DNA from: Planctomycetaceae bacterium
GTDB lineage: Bacteria; Planctomycetota; Planctomycetia; Planctomycetales; Planctomycetaceae
Reading direction: 5' to 3'
Assembly: GCA_035294845.1 (NCBI GenBank)
Contig: DATGKC010000238.1
Span: 1-32,439 of the forward strand
DNA: 32,439 nt
Made by a program: the position numbers and the translations under genes. Numbering within the stretch: position 1 is the stretch's first letter; each line of letters begins with the position of its first letter. Under the pieces are notes generated by a model that made no database searches, was not told the origin of the DNA, and saw only the letters and a program-made list of their open reading frames with translations. Below, one piece after another: positions 11,377-21,831 of the stretch.

Positions 11377-12489
11377 CTACCGATCCCTGGACAAAGGCAT
11401 GACGATATAGGTGTATCCATCTTCCGTGCGGAATACGGCGGCGCTTTCGGCGTCGGTCAGTTCGAGCTTGATCGACTGCTCGGGTTCGAGCACGCGCAAA
11501 AAATCGGCGACATATCGCGGATCGAACGTAATCGCGATCGCCGAGCCCTCATAACTGATCGGCAGCTCGACTTTCGACTCGCCGATCTCCGCAGCGCGGC
11601 TGACGAGCGTCATCAGTCCCGATTCGAATTCGAAACTGACGCCGCGGCTCTCTTCGCTGGTGACAATTTGCGCCTGGCGAACGGCAGAATAAAACGGCCC
11701 AACGACCAGGTCGATCGCGATCGAGCTGCGTGCAGGAATCACTTCCTGGTAGCGCGGAAAGCGGCCTTCGACAAGCCGGCTGTAAATCGTCGCGGCCGAC
11801 GTTCGCACCAGCGCGTCGTTATTGCGAATTGCCAGGCTCACCGGCTCGGTCTCGTCGGCCAGCGTCCGCTCGATGAGCGCCAGGGCCTTTGAGGGAATGA
11901 CCGGAACGGCATTCTCCATCGCGATATTTCCCGCTGCCGCGCATTGCCCGCGCACGACCGCCAGGCGGCGCGTGTCGGTCGCGGCCATCACGATCGACTC
12001 CCCCTTGAGCTCGATCAAAACGCCCCCCAGTGCATAGCGCGTGCTTTCGGTGTCGGTTGCGAATACAGTCCGGCGAATCATCTGCTTGAGCACGCCCGCA
12101 GCCACGTTGACGCAATTCTGCTCGTCAAACTCGGCCACGCTGGGGAACTCAGCCGGGTTTTCAGCGCCGAGCTTATACTGGGCCCGTTCGCCACGAATGA
12201 CCGTGCCCGACTCGGATGTCTCCAGGTAAACCACGTCTCCTTGCATTTCGCGCAAGATCGAAAGCACCCGATTCGTGGGAAGCAAAACATCGCCGGGCGC
12301 CGTGACATCCGCCCCGTTCAACCGGTAGCGAATGCCGACCTCCTGGTCGGTCGCCACAAGCACCGCGTGCCCATTTGACGTTTCCAGCTTGGCATTCTGG
12401 AGGATCGGCTTGGGGGTGCGCGTGGGGATAACGCCGCTGACCGCCTGAAACGCAGTGGCGAGAGTCGCTCGCGAGCAGGAAAGTTTCAT
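11377..12489 (-). CDS. dnaN: DNA polymerase III beta sliding clamp
   Basis: MKLSCSRATLATAFQAVSGVIPTRTPKPILQNAKLE... gives a 370-aa protein with three-domain clamp-like sequence, positioned directly downstream of dnaA. The ATG at 12489 gives canonical length. The track start at 12708 adds 73 non-homologous aa. Confidence 0.93.
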   Translation of the reverse strand: MKLSCSRATLATAFQAVSGVIPTRTPKPILQNAKLETSNGHAVLVATDQEVGIRYRLNGADVTAPGDVLLPTNRVLSILREMQGDVVYLETSESGTVIRGERAQYKLGAENPAEFPSVAEFDEQNCVNVAAGVLKQMIRRTVFATDTESTRYALGGVLIELKGESIVMAATDTRRLAVVRGQCAAAGNIAMENAVPVIPSKALALIERTLADETEPVSLAIRNNDALVRTSAATIYSRLVEGRFPRYQEVIPARSSIAIDLVVGPFYSAVRQAQIVTSEESRGVSFEFESGLMTLVSRAAEIGESKVELPISYEGSAIAITFDPRYVADFLRVLEPEQSIKLELTDAESAAVFRTEDGYTYIVMPLSRDR

Positions 12490-12838
12490 GGGCACAAGCC
12501 TTTGCCCCGACGGCAAGACGCTTCGAGGCGTTGAGAAGAGTAATTCAAATAGCAGTAGTAGTATCAGGCATGGCGCCCGATGTGACTTGTTTTCTCCCCG
12601 ATTGAAGAAGTGTATAATAGGCAAATACTTGTGATGCTTCAATGCCCGCCAAGGTGTGTGAATCGCCTGTGGAAAGCATGAGAAATGCCGTCTTGAGTCG
12701 GCTTCCAAATCGGGCTGAAATCAACACCCGCTCGGAGCCGGCCATGCCGCCTTCTTGGGCCACCCGACGCATCCCGCCCAGCGCCAACACGTTATCAACA
12801 GCTCTCGGGCGGGCAGATTTCGGCCGCGTGGCCGGCGG

Positions 12839-13888
12839 CTATCCCGCGGCAAAATCCAGGTTCTCTGAGGCCCCCACGACCGCCAGCGCGGCTTCGATTT
12901 GAGACAAATTCAGCCGGAGCTCTGCTTCGTGTGGAATCAGACGTGCCAAGCGCCGGCAAGCATGGATCACGGTGCTGTGGTCGCGATCTCCGAAATAACG
13001 GCCGATTTGTTCGAGGGTTCGCCCCGTCCACTGCCGCGCCAGGAGCATCGCACACTGCCGCGGCAAAACCACGCCCCGTGTCTGTTTCCGAGAGCGCAAG
13101 CGACTCGCGCTGATCCCGAATTGGCGGGCGACCGCCCGGCAGATGTCGTCCAGGCGGGGGTTGGAGGGGGCAACTTCCTGGCGCAAGAACTGTTCGACGA
13201 GAGCCGCGTCGATGGGCCGGCGCGCGTGCCGCGAGATCGATTCGAGCTGCACCAAAACCGACCACAACTCGCGTGGCGAGACGGCCAGCCCCTGGGCCAA
13301 TAGATTTGCCGCCTGATCGGAGAGCGCCATTTGCCGCGACTCGGAAAAGTGTTCGAGCAACCGCTGGCGGCTCTCGGGACCGGGAAGGCGAATTTGCGCC
13401 GCGACGCCCGCGCGAAAGCGGCTGACCAGCTTTCGCAAAAAGTGGGTCAAGTCGCCGGGAGAATTGCGGCTCGTCCAGAGAATCTGGCAACCGGCCGCCG
13501 AAATCTCGTCGCAAAGCAGGAGAAGCTGCAACTGGGTTTCCGGTCTGCGGTCGAACAAATGCACGTCGTCCAGAACGAACAGATCGAAATCGCGACTGGC
13601 CGCTTGAAAGAGGGGAATGGTCTTATGCGCAGCGGCCTCGGCGAACTCCGCAGAGAATTCGCCGGCCGTCAAATGCTGGACTTTAGCCTGAGGCCGAGAA
13701 GCAAGATACGACCGAACGGCGTGCCTGGCCAGATGGGTCTTTCCGGCTCCTGAGAGCCCATACAGAAAGATTGGCCTGGCCGGGAGCTTCCCGATCGAAG
13801 AAACGGCCTCGAATGCGAAGCGATTCTCGGGCAGGACCAGCAACGGCACCAGGATCGAAGAATGGGCTGACTTTTCGGCGCGGGACAT
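12839..13888 (-). CDS. dnaA: Chromosomal replication initiator DnaA, short form (domains III-IV only)
   Basis: Walker A GLSGAGKTHL, Walker B LFVLDDVHLF, and the domain IV block LPRQCAMLLARQWTGRTLEQIGRYFGDRDHSTVIHACRRL (E. coli has DHTTVLHACRKI). An in-frame TAA at 13907-13909 rules out a longer N-terminus. Confidence 0.9.
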   Translation of the reverse strand: MSRAEKSAHSSILVPLLVLPENRFAFEAVSSIGKLPARPIFLYGLSGAGKTHLARHAVRSYLASRPQAKVQHLTAGEFSAEFAEAAAHKTIPLFQAASRDFDLFVLDDVHLFDRRPETQLQLLLLCDEISAAGCQILWTSRNSPGDLTHFLRKLVSRFRAGVAAQIRLPGPESRQRLLEHFSESRQMALSDQAANLLAQGLAVSPRELWSVLVQLESISRHARRPIDAALVEQFLRQEVAPSNPRLDDICRAVARQFGISASRLRSRKQTRGVVLPRQCAMLLARQWTGRTLEQIGRYFGDRDHSTVIHACRRLARLIPHEAELRLNLSQIEAALAVVGASENLDFAAG

Positions 13889-13959
13889 AAGTCGTACCGT
13901 GGAATTTTACGATAGATGCTCTCCATTTAGGGCCCGTAAATCAATAGCTGACCCGCCGG

Positions 13960-14142
13960 TTATCGCCTCTTGAATTTCAGTTCCCGGGTGACGACATCGC
14001 GGCCATGCTCGCCAAAAAACTTTTGCAGCTCTGCGGTCGAGCCTGTCAGCACGATGCGTTCGCCGTTCGCGATCCGCCTCTTTCCGAGCGCTTGGTCTCT
14101 GGCGGCTACTCTTTCGATCTGCGATGGTTCGGCGAAGGACAC
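13960..14142 (-). CDS. Possible small ORF (60 codons, GTG start), unknown function. It may be a gene fragment.
   Basis: It is only an open frame with mildly protein-like sequence (…RIVLTGSTAELQKFFGEHGRDVV…). There is no ATG and no convincing RBS. It lies between the broken methyltransferase and dnaA. Confidence 0.2.
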   Translation of the reverse strand: MSFAEPSQIERVAARDQALGKRRIANGERIVLTGSTAELQKFFGEHGRDVVTRELKFKRR

Positions 14143-14189
14143 TCGCAGGGTCTCTTGATCCAGGGGACCTGCAGATCAGCCGGTGAGCC

Positions 14190-14897
14190 TCATTCGCATC
14201 GTTTCGATTTGCGAAAGACAAGCCAATAACAATGTTGCCGTCGCGCGTGGTGGGCGATTTTCCAGCGGGGGTCGATGATCGGCCCCTTCCGGACTTTGAC
14301 GATGCAGTCGCAGGCGCAAAAACCGGCGGCGCGTGCCGCTTCAATGAATTCAACATGCGCCCATTAATAGCGATGCCCGTGGATGTAGTCGGCGATTTTG
14401 CAAAGTAGAATGCCTTCCGGCCGGAGCACCCGATATGCCTCTGAAACAAAAGGCGGGTACATGAAGGCAAAGCTGTATCCTTCTTCTTTCGGTGATTTGA
14501 GCGTCAGGCCGAAGCGTTTATTGAAATCCTTGGATCGATCCCGCCCCTGATTTGGGATGTGGGGAGGATCGTATACGACGACGTCGAAACTGGAATTCTC
14601 GAACGGCATGTCGGTGTTGTCGCCAACGACGGTTGGCCGGTGCGCCGGGTCGATATCCAGACCAATCACGTTCCACTCCAGTCCGCGCCAAATTCGACCC
14701 GCGTTCACCGTCGCGTCGAGTATTTTCTTTGGCGTGCTGCGCGGGTAGAAACGCAATAGTTTATCGAGCAGCTCCGCATCGTCGCCGAACCAAACCGATG
14801 GAAGCGGCTCGTATCCATTCCGATTATTCGTGCCCAGCGGCTCGTCAAGCTTGATCGGGAGCCGCTTTTGCTTTTCCGAGGGCTTCTTTATTGGCAT
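14190..14897 (-). pseudogene. SAM-dependent DNA-methyltransferase-like gene interrupted by a single in-frame TAA (14364-14366)
   Basis: The N-terminal part (177 aa) has ILDATVNAG (SAM motif I-like) and VVVYDPPHIP (a DPPY-like motif IV). Reading through the TAA keeps the frame open for 57 more codons (WAHVEFIEAARAAGFCACDCIVKVRKGPIIDPRWKIAHHARRQHCYWLVFRKSKRCE) to a TGA at 14190-14192. GGAG lies 9 nt upstream of the ATG at 14897. Confidence 0.75.
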
Positions 14898-15018
14898 GAA
14901 ACCGCGCTCCTGAATTGGCGATGCAATTGTGCAGTATTGCGGCGGCTTCGTCCAAATCCTTCGTCCAAATAATCCCCCGGCGGTGCGTTCGCGCGTCGTC
15001 CGCCGTCAGCTCCCACAC

Positions 15019-16373
<1,355 letters not shown>

Positions 16374-16377
<4 letters not shown>

Positions 16378-18008
16378 GGCTGTGCCTTGAGCGTTCTGTA
16401 ACGTCCGATCAAGGCGTTGGTCGAGCCGTCGTGCTTAAGCGCCGCCTCGCCCGGGCTGGCGAGCTCGGGAACGATCCGCTGCGCCAGCACTTTTCCCAGC
16501 TCGACCCCCCACTGGTCGAACGAATCGATGTTCCAAATCGCCCCCTGTGTAAAGACGATGTGCTCGTAAAGCGCCACCAGTTTTCCCAGCGCGGCCGGCG
16601 TCAATTGCTCCAGCCACAGAAAGTTGGAAGGCCGATTTCCCTCGAAAGTTCGGTGCGGCACGAGCCGCTCGGGAGTCCCTTCGGCCCGCACCTCTTCGGC
16701 CGTCTTGCCGAAGGCCAGCGCTTCAGCCTGTGCGAAGACGTTGGCCAGCAGCAACTCATGCTGCCGTCCCAGAGGGTTGAGCGGCCGGGAGAATGCGATG
16801 AAGTCACAGGGAATCAAGCGCGTTCCCTGGTGAATCAACTGGTAGAAGGAATGCTGCCCGTTTGTTCCCGGCTCTCCCCAATAGATGGGGCCGGTCGGGC
16901 AGCCGACTCTGGTTCCGTCGACAGAGACGCTCTTGCCGTTGCTCTCCATCGTCAACTGCTGCAAGTAAGCGGGAAAGCGCTTGAGGTATTGGTCGTAAGG
17001 GAGCACGGCAACCGTTTCGGCACCGAAGAAATCGTTGTACCAGATGCCCAAAAGCCCCATCACAATCGGCAGATTCTGTTCGAAGGGAGCGGTGCGGAAA
17101 TGCTCATCCATCTCATGGAAGCCATCGAGCATCGAACGAAAGTTTTCCGGCCCGATGGCGATCATCGTCGAAAGGCCGATCGCCGAATCCATCGAGTAGC
17201 GGCCCCCCACCCAATCCCAGAATTCGAACATGTTGGCCGTATCGATGCCGAACTTCGCCACCTCGTCGGCATTTGTCGAGACGGCGACGAAATGGCTGGC
17301 GATCGCCTGCTCGTCGCGCAAAGCGCCCAGGCACCAGTCGCGCGCCGCGCGCGCGTTGGTCATTGTTTCCAGCGTGGTGAATGTCTTGGAGGAAACGATG
17401 AACAGCGTCTGGGCCGCATCGAGATCGCGCGTGGCTTCGACAAAGTCGGTGCCATCGACGTTCGAGACAAAGCGAAAGGCGAGATTGCGGTCGCTGTAAT
17501 GGCGCAGCGCTTCGCAGGCCATGACCGGCCCCAGGTCGGAACCTCCGATGCCGATGTTCACAACCGCGCGAATGGGCCTGCCGGTATATCCCAGCCACGC
17601 GCCGCTGCGGACGCGACCGGAAAAATCGGCCATCCGTCCGAGAACTTTGTGAACGTCGGGAACCACGTTCCGGCCATCGACTATGATCGAAGCCCCCTGG
17701 CGAGCGCGCAGCGCCACGTGCAGAACGGCTCGATCTTCGGTGACGTTGATCTTCTCACCGCGAAACATGTCGTCGATGCGATTGCGCAGACCGCACTCTT
17801 CGGCAAGCTCAACGAGCAGCTTAAGCGTCTCGCCGCTGATGCGATTCTTCGAGAAGTCGAGGCACACGCCGGTGGCTTCAATCGTGAAGCGCTGCGCCCG
17901 CCGCGAATCGTCGGCGAACAGCTTGCGAAGGTGCAGGGCCTCGATCTGCCGGCAATGGGCTTCGAGCGCCTTCCAGGCTTTGCGCTCGCGCAGAGGAGTG
18001 GTATTCAT
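16374..18008 (-). CDS. pgi: Glucose-6-phosphate isomerase
   Basis: Full-length 544-aa PGI-like sequence ([35 protein letters not shown]). Its stop overlaps the start of the downstream lyase gene (ATGA at 16377-16374). Confidence 0.95.
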
Positions 18009-18081
18009 GGGATGTCTCTCGGAATGGCCCGTGTTTCGGCTCGCCGACTTCGCTCATGCGCGCATCCGGCTCGGCAGGCCT

Positions 18082-19173
18082 TCATGGAAGCTTGTGGTCT
18101 CGAGTTTCTCCAATCAATTGTGCCAGCCACTGCATGTACGGCGTCCCGCCGGTGCCGCGCGGGTCGCTCGTCCGTTTATTGATATATTCGTCGGCCCACC
18201 CCAGATGCGTCTCTCGAAACGTGGCCATCGCCTCGAGCACGTCGTTGTACGGTTCTCTGGCGGCCAGCGGGCGCAGGTCGGGCAACGCGCGCACCTGGGC
18301 GATCAATTGGCGATGTTCCAGCGGCATGAAAGTTTGCATATCCGCCAGATGGTCGGTGAGCATTGATTGCCGGTGCGGGATTTTCATCAGAACCACCAGG
18401 GTCGGCATGATGCTGCTTTGCGCGCCGGTTTCGCCGCGGAAATCCATTGGTTTGGCGTCAACTCCCTCGTAGACAACGTGTTCGAAAAAGCGGATGTACG
18501 GTCGAAACGTCTTGAAGTAGAGAGCCGGGTCCATTTTCTCGGGAATCCGCCGCAAGACATCGACCTGCCGCCACACCGCTTCGCCGATCGCACCGAGAGC
18601 CTCGTTGATCGCCGCTTTGTCGCTCTTCGCGAAGCCGCGCGCCGCATCGTCAATCGCTGCAAGAATTCGAGCGGCGATGCACTCGATCTCGACATGAACC
18701 AGAATGAACCAGTGCTCGTCGTACATATGGACGAAGTTCTGGATCGTGTCGATGTTTCCCAGCGCGATCGGCCCACTGGGGTCGAACCGTTTCCAATTGT
18801 AGAGCGCATATCCGTCGTAGCTGAGAATCGGCGGCCGCGAGAGCAGCTTGCAGACCTGGCACAGCGGCACCGCCAAATTGGCTGGCAGAATGTTGGACGG
18901 CGGCTGCCCCACCTGATTGACGTAGGCCGAGGCGAGGAATCCCAGCCGCACGTAGTAGAGCCGCAATTGGGGCAGCCGCTGCGCCGGATCGTCCGGCTCG
19001 ACCCAGCCGGGAATCGTCAACCGTCGCGCGAACGTTCGGAAGCCGGAATCGTGCAACAAACTTGGCAGGTCGCGGCCGATCTCATCGAGAACAGCCAGAG
19101 GGCTGCCGCGAGGAAAGGCCGCGAGCGGGTCGCTCCCGGGCAGAAAGCCGTGTTCCCTGATTGACCGGTCCAT
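18082..19173 (-). CDS. Indoleamine 2,3-dioxygenase (IDO)-family haem protein
   Basis: Colinear with human IDO1 as I recall it. [37 protein letters not shown] aligns with [47 protein letters not shown] aligns with [18 protein letters not shown] aligns with LRSYHLQI (proximal His). GTGGT is conserved. Confidence 0.85.
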   Translation of the reverse strand: [363 protein letters not shown]

Positions 19174-19192
19174 GGCGTATTCCTTCCATCTT

Positions 19193-20473
19193 CTACGCTT
19201 GCGAAAACGTCGATTGTCGCGGCGCCTGATACCGCACCGCCAGGTGCGGCGTTTCGATTCGCTTTTGCCCGGCGGCCAGCGACTTCATGCCCGCTTCCAC
19301 CAGCCCGCTCGTGAGCAGCGTGCGCTCGATCGGATAGGGTGCTTTGCCTGTCAGAAAGGTTTCCTCGGCCTTCGACATGAGCGCGGCAGAATAGACGACG
19401 TTGGGATTGGGAGGGAGATAGAACAACGTCGAAAGGGGCTCGGCCGCGCCTTTGAGCCTCGCGGCAAACGTGAAGTCTTCGACGAGACCATTCATGAGCA
19501 GCATCGTGGCCCTGAGCCCGTCGGCGTATTCAAAGCGATAAGCGATCGGATCGCGCACGAACTCGCGCATTTGCGCGACGGTCGGATAGCGGTCGCTGAA
19601 TGTTTTGGGTTGGGCGAGAGTTTGAGTCCGCGCCATACAAGCCGCGAAGAGCTTGGCATCCCAACCTCCTGCCGGCCAAGCGCCGGCCTCGAGGGCCCGC
19701 CAGACGGCCTCGCCGCGCAAAGCGTGCATCGCCGAGACGCCGGTCTCGCCCCCGCGGCGGCGTTCGGCCATGCACTGCAAGGTCTCGAGGGCGTGAAAGT
19801 CGTAGCTGTCGAGCCCCCCCATCGCCAGGCAAACCATCTCTTCGACCTCAGACCCGTAAGGCATGTCGATGGAAGGCATGCGCCAGGTGACCGGCAGCGA
19901 AGAGCCGGCGCAAAAACCGAACTTCATCGACTGCGACAAATCGACCATCTCACGGGCCCATTCGAATTTCCATGACAAGTGCTTGTCGTTGAAAACGGGC
20001 GCCGTGCGGCCGTCTTTTTGAAACACGTCGACAACCTGCTTGAAAAACTCGTAGCGCGGGTATTTTTTCTGCCCGATTTCATTGTTCGCGTATTCCCCGT
20101 GCTCGCCGATGATCAGCACGGCATCGACGGCCAACTGTTTGCCGCCGCAACGCAGGGCCTCGGCGATTGTGGGATAAATGGGAAACCCGAACTCTTCGGC
20201 GCGCGAGCGGCTGAGATCTCCCTCAGGCTTCTGATCGACATAGGCGGCCACCACGTCCAGTTTGGGCCGGTGCCATTTTCCCAGTAGGGGATATCCGTGC
20301 AGAAACCGCTCGGCCATGTGCCAGGCGTGCGAATGATACGTCCAGACCGTGGTGACGACAGCCAAACGTTTGCGGCTTGCTGGGCCGGGTTCGTCCGAGG
20401 CGGCGGCCCGCAGCAGCGTGCCGCCGGCCAGGCCCGCGGCTGTCGTCCGGAGAAATTGGCGACGGGAAAGCAT
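19193..20473 (-). CDS. Tat-signal (SRRQFL) exported protein of unknown function
   Basis: The N-terminus MLSRRQFLRTTAAGLAGGTLLRAAAS is a twin-arginine signal. The remaining ~400 aa are protein-like, but I cannot place them in a family. No Rossmann GxGxxG is seen. The gene ends 19 nt upstream of the IDO-like gene. Confidence 0.8.
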   Translation of the reverse strand: MLSRRQFLRTTAAGLAGGTLLRAAASDEPGPASRKRLAVVTTVWTYHSHAWHMAERFLHGYPLLGKWHRPKLDVVAAYVDQKPEGDLSRSRAEEFGFPIYPTIAEALRCGGKQLAVDAVLIIGEHGEYANNEIGQKKYPRYEFFKQVVDVFQKDGRTAPVFNDKHLSWKFEWAREMVDLSQSMKFGFCAGSSLPVTWRMPSIDMPYGSEVEEMVCLAMGGLDSYDFHALETLQCMAERRRGGETGVSAMHALRGEAVWRALEAGAWPAGGWDAKLFAACMARTQTLAQPKTFSDRYPTVAQMREFVRDPIAYRFEYADGLRATMLLMNGLVEDFTFAARLKGAAEPLSTLFYLPPNPNVVYSAALMSKAEETFLTGKAPYPIERTLLTSGLVEAGMKSLAAGQKRIETPHLAVRYQAPRQSTFSQA

Positions 20474-20712
20474 GGCAATGATCTCTTGTTGAGTTGCAGC
20501 GATACAGTCACCGGCGCAAGTCGCCGTCCATGCGCAGTCTATCGGGGCTGAGCGCGGCCGACTACCCTGGAAGTGCTGAGCGGCCCGCTGCGGGAAGTTC
20601 GAATTCCGGCGCAGGCCGCGTTATACTGAACCGCGAATCACGAGCCCGGCGCCCGATTCGTTCGACGGAAACAGGCTTCCGGATCGACCAATCCATACAA
20701 CGAGCTTTTTCA

Positions 20713-21822
20713 ATGTCGCGTGAGGCGATTTTCGAAGCCAGCCTCGGCTTTTTCTTGACGCCCGTCAAGAGGTTTCTCGACGATGCCACAGTCACCGAAA
20801 TCATGGTGAACGGCTACGACGACGTTTACATCGAACGCCGCGGCCGGCTGGAGCGCACCGACGCACGATTTTCCAGCGAAGACGCACTGCTCACCGCCGT
20901 GCACAACGTGGCCCAGTACGTGGGGCGCGAAGTCGACGAGAAGCGGCCCGTTCTCGATGCGCGTCTTCCCGACGGCTCGCGCGTGCACGCGGTGATTCCT
21001 CCCAGCGCCCGCCGCGGCACTTACCTCACGATCCGCAAGTTCTCTCGCGATGTGATGAACCTCGACCAGCTCCTGAAGCTGGGGAGCATTTCCGCCGCGG
21101 CACGCGAGTTCCTCGAAATCTGCGTCCGCCTGCATAAAAACATCATCGTCGCCGGCGGGACCGGCACCGGCAAGACATCGCTGCTCAACGCCCTCTCGAC
21201 CGCCGTCCCCGATGAAGAGCGCATTGTCGTCATCGAAGACAGCTCCGAGCTGCGGCTCAATCAGCCGCACACGCTGTATCTCGAGGCGCAGCAGAAAGAC
21301 GCCTATGGCCGGGGCGGATTGACGATTCGTCAATTGTTCGTGGCGTCGCTAAGAATGCGCCCCGACCGCATCATCGTGGGCGAGGTGCGGGGCGGAGAAG
21401 CGCTCGACATGATTCAGTCGATGATCAGCGGGCATGCGGGGAGCCTCACCACCGTCCACGCCAGCTCGCCGCGCGACGCGATGGTGCGACTGGAAACGCT
21501 CTCGCTCATGTCGGATGTCGAAATTCCGATTTATGTGGCGCGCGCGCAGGTCGCCTCGGCCATCCATCTGATCGTGCAACTCTCGCGGTTTTCGGAGGAC
21601 GGCTCGCGGCGCATCACCCGCATCACCGAAGCCTGCGGATTGGCAGACGACAATTACGTCTTGAAAGACCTGTTCGTCATGAAAATGCAGGGCAAGACGC
21701 ACGAGGGCCGAATTGTGGCCGATCTCAAACCGACCGGCACGCTTCCCACCTTCGCTCACGAAGCCGCGGAACAGGCGATGGACGAACGAATTCGACTGAC
21801 CGGCGCTCTCTGGAAAGGATGA
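20713..21822 (+). CDS. CpaF/TadA/VirB11-type secretion ATPase (T2SS/T4P/T4SS ATPase superfamily)
   Basis: Walker A GGTGTGKTS, Walker B/Asp box RIVVIEDSSEL, and the blocks DRIIVGEVRGGEALDMIQSMISGHAGSLTTVHASSPRDA. The ATG at 20713 (MSREAIF...) gives a ~369-aa protein. The track start at 20494 is a false extension. Confidence 0.88.
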   Translation: MSREAIFEASLGFFLTPVKRFLDDATVTEIMVNGYDDVYIERRGRLERTDARFSSEDALLTAVHNVAQYVGREVDEKRPVLDARLPDGSRVHAVIPPSARRGTYLTIRKFSRDVMNLDQLLKLGSISAAAREFLEICVRLHKNIIVAGGTGTGKTSLLNALSTAVPDEERIVVIEDSSELRLNQPHTLYLEAQQKDAYGRGGLTIRQLFVASLRMRPDRIIVGEVRGGEALDMIQSMISGHAGSLTTVHASSPRDAMVRLETLSLMSDVEIPIYVARAQVASAIHLIVQLSRFSEDGSRRITRITEACGLADDNYVLKDLFVMKMQGKTHEGRIVADLKPTGTLPTFAHEAAEQAMDERIRLTGALWKG

Positions 21823-21831
21823 ATTGGACAA

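Noticed and set aside
12613-12618. Perfect TATAAT in the dnaA-dnaN spacer
   Set aside because: It lies on the plus strand, with no plus-strand gene downstream and no properly spaced -35. It cannot serve dnaN, which is on the minus strand.
13907-14470. 187-aa minus-strand ORF spanning the methyltransferase tail and the small ORF
   Set aside because: It is in a different frame from the methyltransferase and overlaps it. Its sequence is Arg/Ser/Pro-rich and not protein-like. The in-frame continuation after the TAA explains this DNA better.
16431-18182. 583-aa ORF on the plus strand
   Set aside because: It is exactly antisense to pgi, which has an unambiguous full-length match. It has no motifs and is Arg/Gly/Ala-rich.
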